DNA from: Ktedonobacteria bacterium | GTDB lineage: Bacteria; Chloroflexota; Ktedonobacteria; Ktedonobacterales; JACDGC01 | NCBI GenBank assembly: GCA_027459785.1 | Contig: DAIDGU010000057.1 | Location: 34,150-98,149, forward strand | Direction: 5' to 3' | DNA length: 64,000 nt | In this document: positions 42,217 through 50,698 of the stretch, in pieces | How the letters are laid out: each line of letters begins with the position of its first letter | Numbering within the stretch: position 1 is the first letter of the stretch | The notes under the pieces: generated by a model | What the model saw: only the letters and a program-made list of their open reading frames with translations | Database searches by the model: none | What the model was told of the DNA's origin: nothing | Position numbers and translations under genes: made by a program

Positions 42217-43014
42217 TCACGGCGGGGTGAAGCCGAAGTGGCTGATGATCCAGCCGGTGTCGATGGGCTGGGTGGTGACAAGGCCGTTATCACCCGGCTT
42301 GCGCAGAACGAGATCCAGCTTGGCGGTTTCGACGAGCAGCTTGAGTACCAGCGCGTCCTGGTGGGTGACGGCGACATAGAGCATACCACCGCTGATCATA
42401 TAGATGGTGAGGTTTTGCAGCGTCTCCTGCGCCACCTGGCAGCCGCCACGTACCGTCGGCCCCTGCACGCACTCCGTCGCCAGGATGTCCACGTGGTCGC
42501 CCTCTTGCGCGCCGATCTGCATGCCGGGCGCGCTACCCAGCGGCAGCGCCACCAACACGTCGCCGGCAGGCAGACCTGCCGGATCATGGTTCGTGAGGCT
42601 GTGCGCTGGGCCAGAACCCAGCGCGGTCATGCGCCCGTCGTTGCGCCGCAAGATGTCGCCAGCGTAGAACGGCGCAGTGATGATCTGATTGCTCAGCGCC
42701 GTGTTCAGGTCGCTCTGATTGGTGAAGGTGAAAGCGTCGGCGGGAACATCGCTCGCTGGCAGATGTTCCACGTGGAACACATCACCGATGCGCGCATAGC
42801 CGTTACCGCTCTGCGCGAGGGAAAGGACGATGCCGGCGTTCAAAGGCTGGGCCGCCACCACGACAGCCACCCCCTGACCACCGCTGCCCGCACCGGTATT
42901 ATTGGTAGTCAGAAAGAGTACCAGCACCGCCGTGATGAGCGCCAGGACGATGCCGAGGATGATGAGCGGCGTGCCGCCGCCGGATGTGCGTGGACGTTGC
43001 GTGGGCGCAGCCAT
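42217..43014 (-). CDS. cpaB: CpaB/RcpC-like Flp pilus assembly protein
   Basis: N-terminal TM, VVVAAQPL, GDHVDIL, LDLVLRKPGD; GGAGG RBS. Confidence 0.8.
   Translation of the reverse strand: MAAPTQRPRTSGGGTPLIILGIVLALITAVLVLFLTTNNTGAGSGGQGVAVVVAAQPLNAGIVLSLAQSGNGYARIGDVFHVEHLPASDVPADAFTFTNQSDLNTALSNQIITAPFYAGDILRRNDGRMTALGSGPAHSLTNHDPAGLPAGDVLVALPLGSAPGMQIGAQEGDHVDILATECVQGPTVRGGCQVAQETLQNLTIYMISGGMLYVAVTHQDALVLKLLVETAKLDLVLRKPGDNGLVTTQPIDTGWIISHFGFTPP
42764..42779. promoter_or_regulatory. parS site (perfect) inside cpaB
   Basis: TGTTCCACGTGGAACA 16/16; encodes VFHVEH. Confidence 0.88.
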
Positions 43015-43101
43015 AACAAAAAAGCCTCCTCCATGAGTCCCGGTGGGAATCATTCCCTTGCTGCTGGGATCGAGCGCAAGCAGCATACCTGAAACGCTGC
43101 G

Positions 43102-43254
43102 TTACGTGCCTTTAAGGGTGGTCACGATGCTGGTGATGGCGGGCAACAGCACGATGATAATGCCGATCGCCACGACAGCGACCAGCGCGATAATCAGGGC
43201 ATATTCCACCAGCCCCAATGGGCGACGGTCGTCTTGCGGGGGTTGATTCGTCAT
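43102..43254 (-). CDS. flp: Flp family type IVc pilin (50 aa, absent from the ORF track)
   Basis: Manual translation MTNQPPQDDRRPLGLVEYALIIALVAVVAIGIIIVLLPAITSIVTTLKGT; GGAGG RBS. Confidence 0.85.
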   Translation of the reverse strand: MTNQPPQDDRRPLGLVEYALIIALVAVVAIGIIIVLLPAITSIVTTLKGT

Positions 43255-43343
43255 GCTTGCTGCCTCCGTGTGCGTTGCTACGTACCGCTATTGTAGCAGA
43301 AATTGCCCGGCGTACGCCACGGGAGACAGCCCCGCCAGCAGCC

Positions 43344-44597
43344 CTAGCGCGCTTCGTTCACGATGTAGTCCAGCCGCGTGCCGTGGCCGGGGGCGCTCTT
43401 GATGCCGAGGATCGCCCCGATCAGATCGACCTCGATGCACAACTGGCCCAGACCGGAATGAAAGCCTTGCCGCGCCCGTTCCATCACAGGATCGACCGCG
43501 AAGCCCACGCCGTCATCTTCCACCGAGAGGATCACCGTGTCGGGCTGGTAGGTGAGCGCGACCTGGATGTGCCGCGCCTGGCTGTGGCGCAGCGCGTTAC
43601 GCACGGCCTCGCGCGCCGCGCGGAAGAGCGCGCGTTCGATGGCGACATGGCAGCGCCGTTCGCGCCCACTCAGGCGCACGCCCAAGGGCGCGCCGCGCGT
43701 CTCAATCAGGTCGTGCAGGTAGCGTTGCAGCGTGCCAGCCAGGCCCAATTCGCTCAGCATCATCGGCTCTAGCTCGAAGATGAGCATATCCGCCTCGCGC
43801 AATGCCTCGTTCAGTCGGTTCTTCAGATCGCCAACGACATGCTGCGCGTGCGCCGGATCGCTCTTGAAGGCTGCCTCGCAGAACTCCGCTTGCAGCACAG
43901 CATCCGATAACGCGAAGCGCACGCGCTCGTCGATGCTGCGCGCCACGCTGTGGCGCTCATATTCGCGCGCGGCCAGCAGCGCCTCTTGATCCACCAGTTG
44001 CGCCGAAGTCACCGGCTGTGGTCCGGCATTCAATTCGTTGGATTCCGCGAAGTCGGCTGAAAGGGCCAGGCGCGCGGGCAGCAACGGCGCGGAATAGGGC
44101 GGCGGTTCGCGCAGGAACGCGGCATCGGCCATCGCCTGCAAGGCGAAATCCAGCGCGCCCAGGCAACGGCGGTCGTGGTCGGCTTCCGTGCGCAGATAGT
44201 CGCACACCTCGCGCGTGCCGACATACGCCAGTTCGGCCTGCGCCCACTCCTGGTAGGCTTTGACGATGGCCTGGCGGCTGTGCTGGCTGAGATCCTGCTC
44301 GATAGCGCGCAGGGCCGCTGTCGCGTGCGTGCGCCGTTCCGCTTGGCCGCTCATCAGCCGCTCGGATTCGGTCAGGTTGCCGGCGATCTCGTGGAGGTGT
44401 GCTTGCAGGCGGCGACACTCGTCATTCAGCCGCGCCCGCGCGGCGTCTAACGTGGCGCTCTGGGCAAAATCAGGTTCATCGTCGGGGCGAAACTCGTCGT
44501 CCAATGGCCCCAATTCGCCGCTGTCAGGGACAGGGCGATGCTGGATTTGGCTGCTGGAACGATCGGCGAAATCGGCGGTGATGGGCATCCGTGCCAC
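43344..44597 (-). CDS. Cytoplasmic DegS-like sensor kinase with degenerate H-box
   Basis: Coiled-coil-like N-terminus; EAVRNALRHS, DDGVGF, GLG ATPase boxes. Confidence 0.8.
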   Translation of the reverse strand: MARMPITADFADRSSSQIQHRPVPDSGELGPLDDEFRPDDEPDFAQSATLDAARARLNDECRRLQAHLHEIAGNLTESERLMSGQAERRTHATAALRAIEQDLSQHSRQAIVKAYQEWAQAELAYVGTREVCDYLRTEADHDRRCLGALDFALQAMADAAFLREPPPYSAPLLPARLALSADFAESNELNAGPQPVTSAQLVDQEALLAAREYERHSVARSIDERVRFALSDAVLQAEFCEAAFKSDPAHAQHVVGDLKNRLNEALREADMLIFELEPMMLSELGLAGTLQRYLHDLIETRGAPLGVRLSGRERRCHVAIERALFRAAREAVRNALRHSQARHIQVALTYQPDTVILSVEDDGVGFAVDPVMERARQGFHSGLGQLCIEVDLIGAILGIKSAPGHGTRLDYIVNEAR

Positions 44598-44614
44598 CTT
44601 CCCTTCCAGGGACT

Positions 44615-44670
44615 GCGGGCGATTGAAATCGCGCCTAAGGGCTACGCCACGAAGTCCACCTGCGTGGACT
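44615..44670. repeat. REP-like double hairpin (GGGCGATTGAAATCGCG...AGTCCACCTGCGTGGACT)
   Basis: Near-identical to 54525-54582. Confidence 0.8.
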
Positions 44671-44684
44671 GGGGATCGACAGGG

Positions 44685-45377
44685 CTAAGCGTCGTCGGTG
44701 TGGATCTTGATCCAGCCGTGGCGGAGCGCGTGGACGACAGCAGCCGTGCGGTCATTCACGTTGAGTTTTTTCAGGATCGACGTGATGTGATTCTTGACGG
44801 TCTGATCGCTGATCTTGAGCGACTTGGCGATCTCTTTGTTGCTGTTGCCACGTGAAATGTAATCCAGGATCTCGACCTCACGGGTGGAGAGCGGCGTATA
44901 GAGCGGCGTCACCTCCGGCTCATCCTCGGTCGCCATCTCGCGGAAGACGCGCAACACGCGCGAGGCCACGTGTGGGCGCGAAAGGACGTTATCGTTGATG
45001 AGGAAGATGCCCTGGCTGACGTTCGAGATCGCCTTCACCAAGTCTTCGGCCTCAATGTCTTTCAGCAGATAGGCCGCCGCGCCGACTTTGATACTCTGGA
45101 ACAATTGTTCTTCGTCTTCTTGTTCGGTGAGCATGATGATGGCGACCTGCGGGGAGAAGTGGCGCAATTGTCGGGCCAGTTCCAGGGAATTCCCGCTGAG
45201 CAGATAAGCATCGACCAGGATGACATCCGGCGTTTGGGTGCGCGCCAATTCCAGCCCTTGGGTCGCGTCCGCGCTTTCAGCGATGAGGGTACAGTTGCCG
45301 GATTGCTCCATCGCCCAGCGCACGCCAGCGCGAAACAGCGGATGTTCATCGATGATCATGATGCGAATGGTTTCCAT
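44685..45377 (-). CDS. DegU/NarL-like response regulator
   Basis: IIDEH, ILVD, LLK; LSTREVEIL...TVKNHITSILKKL HTH. Confidence 0.92.
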   Translation of the reverse strand: METIRIMIIDEHPLFRAGVRWAMEQSGNCTLIAESADATQGLELARTQTPDVILVDAYLLSGNSLELARQLRHFSPQVAIIMLTEQEDEEQLFQSIKVGAAAYLLKDIEAEDLVKAISNVSQGIFLINDNVLSRPHVASRVLRVFREMATEDEPEVTPLYTPLSTREVEILDYISRGNSNKEIAKSLKISDQTVKNHITSILKKLNVNDRTAAVVHALRHGWIKIHTDDA

Positions 45378-45640
45378 GCAGCGGATCTCCCTTGTGGCGC
45401 TTCTCAGTGGGTGGACTTTTGTACGTCATAGTATACCCGATGCGCACAAGAACGCCTAGCCCCCAATTTTTGATAGCCCAGATAGGCTATCTATGCCTGA
45501 ATGGATGGCAGAGATTGGGACCGAGGCGACGATAACGCTAGCCCATCCGGGGAGGCGATCGCGTAAAACAAGATCGGTTGGTGAGCGAGGGCAACCAGCA
45601 GGGCAAATCGACTAAGAACAATGCGATCCGGCAGGCGAGG

Positions 45641-46340
45641 GCCGGCTGGCGGGTAAACCCGCGCCTTCGATCACCAAGCCTCCCTACGGAGGCTGGAGGT
45701 CGGCGGGGACGATCACAGAGATGAGGATGAATCTGAGGGGGAGTTTGGCGATGGCGGTTCGGTTACGTCGTCTCGTTCCATGATTTTCCAGTGGGCGCAG
45801 GTGCCGAGCGTGTGGTGATGGGCTTCCTGATTGCGGATGTAGTCTTGCACATTGGGCAAACGATGTTCGCCGACGCTGAACGCACCATAGCCGCCCTGCC
45901 ATTTGAAGAGATCGACGCCGGGGCGGGCGACGATGGCGTGGGCGGAGGAGCCTTTGATCTCGCCGATCAGTTTGGCGAGCGGAACGGTCGCGGGCAGCCG
46001 AACCAGCAGGTGCATATGATCCTCCACACCGCCTAACCCCAGCGGGTGCGCCCCGAACTCCTCGCATTTCGCCAATATCAACCGATACACATCGCCTCGA
46101 ATGTCTTTCGTCAACAATGGCAACCGATCCCAGGTCGCCCACACATAATGCACGAAGACATGCACGTTTGCTCCCCGCCTCGCCGCTGCCCTCCCGCGCT
46201 CTTATCCTCAACGAGGAAACACTTTCATCGCTTCAACTATACAATATACAACATTCGCGCCCTGATCGCCTCTCTCGCCCTCCAGCCTCCGCAGGGAGGC
46301 TTCGTGATCGAAAGCGTGGGTTTACCCGCCGGCTGGGCTG
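45641..46340. mobile_element. HUH transposase gene flanked by inverted REP-like repeats (REPtron-like)
   Basis: About 75-bp imperfect inverted repeats at 45641-45715 and 46263-46340 around the transposase. Confidence 0.75.
45713..46165 (-). CDS. tnpA: IS200/IS605-family (Y1 HUH) transposase
   Basis: HYVWAT, DHMHLL (HUH), KGSS, FKWQGGYG, YIRNQ catalytic Tyr. Confidence 0.9.
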   Translation of the reverse strand: MHVFVHYVWATWDRLPLLTKDIRGDVYRLILAKCEEFGAHPLGLGGVEDHMHLLVRLPATVPLAKLIGEIKGSSAHAIVARPGVDLFKWQGGYGAFSVGEHRLPNVQDYIRNQEAHHHTLGTCAHWKIMERDDVTEPPSPNSPSDSSSSL

Positions 46341-46431
46341 GGCGTCCCATGCGATCACGCTATTCTCGCTCACGTGGCGGACAGGAATGTCCACCCCACG
46401 AAAAAGATATGATCAACAACGTCATGGAATA

Positions 46432-46992
46432 TCACTCCACCGCCCGCTTCAGCCACACGGCCATCTCGCCGTCGGGATACGCAGCGTTGGCATAGAGCGA
46501 GAGGTCGAGGCCGTCGAGCGTGAAGCCCAGTGCGCGATAGAAGCGGATGGCGGGTACGTTGGTCGTCTGGGTCTCGCACACGACGGTGCGCAGCGCCAGC
46601 TCGCGCGCGCGGGCAAGTACAGCATTCATCAAACGGCGACCGATGCCCTGGCCGCGAGATGCTGGGGTGATGTGGAACTCCCACACGTTCAAGCTGCCGT
46701 TCCACTGCTGCGGCTCCGTGACCGCGATGCCCACACAGGCCGAGCCGTCAAACGCCCCAAAGGCATGCCCTGCCGCCGCCAGCGCGGCATAGCGGCGCTG
46801 TGCCTCGTCATCCAGCAACGCGCCGTACTCCTTGGTGTACGGCTGCGCCAGCGGCGTCAGGCGCAGCTCAAAGACCGTCAGGGCATCGGTCTCCGTTCGG
46901 CTGGCGTGATAGACGGCATCGGTCGTATATCCCGTGATGAGTCGCCGCAACAAGCCTCCGTCAAGTTGCGTGATAGGCTGGATAATGAGCAT
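46432..46992 (-). CDS. GNAT acetyltransferase (streptothricin acetyltransferase-like)
   Basis: RGQGIGRRL, ETQTTNVPAIRFYRALGF. Confidence 0.85.
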   Translation of the reverse strand: MLIIQPITQLDGGLLRRLITGYTTDAVYHASRTETDALTVFELRLTPLAQPYTKEYGALLDDEAQRRYAALAAAGHAFGAFDGSACVGIAVTEPQQWNGSLNVWEFHITPASRGQGIGRRLMNAVLARARELALRTVVCETQTTNVPAIRFYRALGFTLDGLDLSLYANAAYPDGEMAVWLKRAVE

Positions 46993-47010
46993 TTTCTTTA
47001 TGCCCTGTTG

Positions 47011-47922
47011 CTATGCCCCATACTCTTTCAGCATGGTGCGGATCTCGCCGGCGACCTTGAGTGCCTCGTCCATCGGGCGCTGCCACAGGTTGCGGCCAAA
47101 GATGACGCCGGTGCCGCCAGCGGCCATGCCGTGGCGCGCTTTTTCGACGACATCGCTTTCACCCAGCTTCTCGCCGCCGGAAAAGATCACCAGCGTCTTG
47201 CCGGCGGACTGCACGATCTGCGCCAGCGCGTCGGCGGGGGTGAACTGCGTCGTGTTATACGGCGCGGGGGCGGCTTTGTCTTTGTCGGGATTGAACTTCG
47301 GCACGTTGACCTTCACCACGTCCGCGCCCAGTTCGGCGGCCACGCGGGCAGCGTAGTCGATGGCATAGAAGCTGTCGCGCCCGCCCTTGGCTTCAATGGC
47401 TTCGCCGCGCGGGTAGGCCCACACGATGATCGGCATGCCAAACTTCTCGGCGTCTTCGCGTACCTTGGCGAATTGGATGAAGTCGGCTTCTTGCTGCGGC
47501 GAACCGATATAGAGCGTATAGCCCACGGCGTCCGCGCCCAGGCGCACGGCGTCTTCGACGCTGGCGATGCAAGGCGAGAGCGGCGTTTTATCCGAGGGGA
47601 TCTCCGTCTTGCCGTTGAGCTTCAGCACCAGCGGCACCTGGCCGGCATATTTCGCCATATATTTGCTGGCGATGCCGATCTGGAAGACGATGCCTGAAAA
47701 ACCGCCCTCTTTAGCGAGGCGCAATTGGAAGTCGGGATCTTTGGCGGGGGGATTGGAGAAAAAGTCGCGTGGGCCATGCTCCAAGCCCTGGTCGATGGGC
47801 AGGAACATCAAGGTGCCATTGGCGGGGCCAGCACCGTACAGCAGCCGATGCAAGCGCGCCCGCTTGCCAATGCTCAGGTCCATGTCTGCGAGCGTCACGC
47901 GCCGCACTTGCGTCATTGCCAT
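47011..47922 (-). CDS. fbaB: Class I fructose-bisphosphate aldolase (DhnA/FbaB type)
   Basis: PIDQGLEHGP, WAYPRG, ELGADVVKV, IFGRN. Confidence 0.88.
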   Translation of the reverse strand: MAMTQVRRVTLADMDLSIGKRARLHRLLYGAGPANGTLMFLPIDQGLEHGPRDFFSNPPAKDPDFQLRLAKEGGFSGIVFQIGIASKYMAKYAGQVPLVLKLNGKTEIPSDKTPLSPCIASVEDAVRLGADAVGYTLYIGSPQQEADFIQFAKVREDAEKFGMPIIVWAYPRGEAIEAKGGRDSFYAIDYAARVAAELGADVVKVNVPKFNPDKDKAAPAPYNTTQFTPADALAQIVQSAGKTLVIFSGGEKLGESDVVEKARHGMAAGGTGVIFGRNLWQRPMDEALKVAGEIRTMLKEYGA

Positions 47923-48474
47923 GAGAGATCGTCCTCCTCAGAGTTAGAACGACGAAACAAGAAGCGCGGCGTGCCAGCGTCGCATGTTCCTCAGTTTGCC
48001 GGCTACATCCCCGCCGGCGGTGGCCCCGACCCAACACGCGCGACGGATTCAGCATCCGCGCGACGGCGTTGGGCAGGCTGGTCCACGCGCCGCCGCCGCG
48101 TGCGCCCACGTGCCACGCCACTCCGGGAAGCAGGACGACACGCCTATGGAACACACAACCTCGCACATGCCGCGCCAGGCATGACATGCCGGACGAGAAA
48201 ACCTTCCCGCCCACCTGGGGCGACCGGCGAGTGCAACGCGAAACTTCGGGTGCCAGGGTCACGGCCCTGGGCAAATTTGCGACATGGCAGCGCCACATCT
48301 GCTCACAGCATACAACGCGCACGGTCCCAACGGCAAAACACCCGAATAATACGCCTAAATCGCTTGAAATAACCTTAGCGAAACTGCTGGCGGCGGACGC
48401 CGGCGCGCACCACTTGCTGCCGACACTGCCCCTTGCACCGAAAAGCGAGATCACGGCGGTAGGCGGCTGAGCGG

Positions 48475-48813
48475 CGTTCCACATCTCCACAAAGTTATCC
48501 ACACGTTTGCGGGGGGGGACTTCCTGGCCGGCGTCTTCGCGCGTGGGACATGGCACATTGCAGCACGCTTTAGCCACCCAGCGGGATATCCGCCGCGATG
48601 GCGACCTCGCGGAATTGGCCGGCGCGCAACCCGCCGGGTAAAAGCTGCTTGCCGACGGCGTGCAGCCGCGCCCGCCGCGCTGCCAGGTCCAGCGCGGGAT
48701 CGGTCACGCCGGGATCGGGAACCACCCACGGCGCGACAGCCAGCAGTTCACCCGTCATCTTTTGCCCCGTTACGGTGTGGATAAAGCCGGAGTTACCCAC
48801 AAAGTTATCCACA
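48475..48813. promoter_or_regulatory. Satellite DnaA-box clusters
   Basis: Perfect TTATCCACA at 48495 and 48805, TGTGGATAA at 48776, with degenerate neighbours. Confidence 0.65.
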
Positions 48814-49790
48814 TCGCGGGGGCTGGTCGCGCTCTTATGTGTGATGCTAGATTGACCGTCGAACGTCACATCGAAGAAGTTGCCCGTCTGCATGGCACAG
48901 ACGTTCGCCTGGATATGCGGATAGTCGTTTTGGACGCTGCCCAGCACGGCGTTAAGCCATTCCTGCGGCTGCCAGTCGCACGTCTGGGAGGGCGCGGGCC
49001 AGAGTTGGTCGTTGGCGTCGGGCTGCACGACGACCTGCGCGCCGTGCGTGTCCAAATGGCGCAGGTACGCCGGCGTGAAGGCATCCAGGCTGATGGCGAC
49101 GCCGATGCGTCCGGCGGGCGTCGTGATGACGCGCACATCCTCCAACCGCCCGGCGGTGATATCAAGCGTGTCGCGTTCACTTGGCGTGGGGAAAACTTTG
49201 TTGATACGGTGGATAACTCCCGCTGGCGTCGCCACCAGGGCAGTGTTATACACCGTGGGGCCGGCGGGCAGATAGATCACATTCCCACCGGATGGTTCCC
49301 GGCGGAGCGGGTGCGTGACGCGGGCGCGCGTCACCAGGGGGGCAGCGGTGCCGGCGACGATGGTGGCATGGTAACGGGCCGCCAGGCGCGGCAGGGCGGT
49401 CGCCAGCGGGCGATAGAGCGCGTCGGTACGCGCCAGCAGCAGGGCGCGCGGCAGCGTGATCCCTGGCCAACGCCGGCGCAACGCCAGGATCTCCGGCAAG
49501 TAAGCCGCACCCAGCGCCGCCAGGGCGCGTTGCACCGTCGGTTGCCGCCGCGCCGGCGCGGCCCGCAAGCCCAGCAGCACACCTGGCAGCCCCAGCAGTT
49601 CGCCCAGCACGATCAGGTTTGGGCGATCAGAGACGAGGTGCGGCGCGGCCAGCCCGACGATGCGCGTGATCTCCGCCTGGGCGCTGGCATCATCGCGCCA
49701 CGCCGCCACGTTCAGGCGATTGCCGACGGCCACCGCGCGTACCACCTGTTCGCCCATCGCGCCCCCTCCATCCTTCCCCTGCGTCTGCAT
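48570..49790 (-). CDS. Carbon-nitrogen hydrolase (nitrilase) superfamily protein
   Basis: LIVLGE, VYNTALV, INKVF, GRIGVAISLDAF; start may be 49757. Confidence 0.75.
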   Translation of the reverse strand: MQTQGKDGGGAMGEQVVRAVAVGNRLNVAAWRDDASAQAEITRIVGLAAPHLVSDRPNLIVLGELLGLPGVLLGLRAAPARRQPTVQRALAALGAAYLPEILALRRRWPGITLPRALLLARTDALYRPLATALPRLAARYHATIVAGTAAPLVTRARVTHPLRREPSGGNVIYLPAGPTVYNTALVATPAGVIHRINKVFPTPSERDTLDITAGRLEDVRVITTPAGRIGVAISLDAFTPAYLRHLDTHGAQVVVQPDANDQLWPAPSQTCDWQPQEWLNAVLGSVQNDYPHIQANVCAMQTGNFFDVTFDGQSSITHKSATSPRDVDNFVGNSGFIHTVTGQKMTGELLAVAPWVVPDPGVTDPALDLAARRARLHAVGKQLLPGGLRAGQFREVAIAADIPLGG

Positions 49791-49885
49791 ACTGCGCTGA
49801 TCATACCACGCCTAGCGCGGGCGTTGTATGATGAGAGATATCATGAAAATGGCGCGCGAACGCTGCGCGCCGGGGAGCGCGACCA

Positions 49886-50599
49886 ATGATCACCTTCGAG
49901 GATGTCACGCGGCTGTTTCTGCACGCCGCCGAAACCACCGGCATCACCACCCACCCCGATAGCTGGCTGAATGTCGAGACGCTGGAACGCGAGTTCGAGA
50001 GCATCTGCCATCTGGGGCCGTGCGAGGAAGCCGAAGACAAGGCGACCTGTGGCGTCTCCTTCAGTTGGAGTCCGTTGGATACCGCCCTCTCGCTGGATGG
50101 GCCGCAAGGCGTGTGCGATTTCTTCCACGATCCCAACGACACGTGTCCGCACCTGCACACGGAAGATGTGCCGCCGCTCGCACTGGATCTCGCCTACACC
50201 GTCGCGCTGAATAACATCCCGCTGGATCGGTTGGATCTGCAACCATTAGTGCGCATCCTGAAATATCGCGCGTCGGAAAACTCCAGCCGTGCCATCGAGA
50301 CGCGCCCCAGCATCGGCGTGATCTATGGCGAAAACGGTCCTGAAGCCGAAAGCGTGACCTTACAGCAACACGTCGAGCTGCCCCTGTGGAATCCCGAATT
50401 GCTGGGTGCCTTCCGCGATACCATCGAGCGCCAGCGCGGAGCCAGCCACCACGGGCGCAAACATTTTCGCTGGCAGGACGACGACGACGAGACCGGCCAG
50501 GAAGACTGGCTGCCGCCATTGATGGAAGCGGTCGTGGCCGACATCGAACACGTCCTGACCGCGCTGGATGACCTCTCGCTCACCCCCTTCACGCGCTAG
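49886..50599 (+). CDS. Hypothetical acidic Cys/His-containing protein
   Basis: 237-aa ORF with GGGGAG RBS and GC3-rich codons. Confidence 0.75.
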   Translation: MITFEDVTRLFLHAAETTGITTHPDSWLNVETLEREFESICHLGPCEEAEDKATCGVSFSWSPLDTALSLDGPQGVCDFFHDPNDTCPHLHTEDVPPLALDLAYTVALNNIPLDRLDLQPLVRILKYRASENSSRAIETRPSIGVIYGENGPEAESVTLQQHVELPLWNPELLGAFRDTIERQRGASHHGRKHFRWQDDDDETGQEDWLPPLMEAVVADIEHVLTALDDLSLTPFTR

Positions 50600-50698
50600 C
50601 ACCGTCCACAGTCCCCTCCCCTGCCGCAAAGAGGGAGGGGGAGATAAACATCGTCCTTTGCTTGAAAGCTTAGGCAGAACAATGAACCCTGTATTAAT

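Noticed and set aside
32012..43254. Absence of a secretin (rcpA/cpaC) as a novelty
   Set aside because: Expected for Tad systems of monoderm bacteria
48256..48300. c-di-GMP-I riboswitch-like start GGTCACG...GGGCAAA
   Set aside because: Lacks the GNRA-capped stem and the following GACGCAAAG motif
48505..48535. RNase P RNA-like AGGAAGTCC on the minus strand
   Set aside because: No other conserved RNase P regions found
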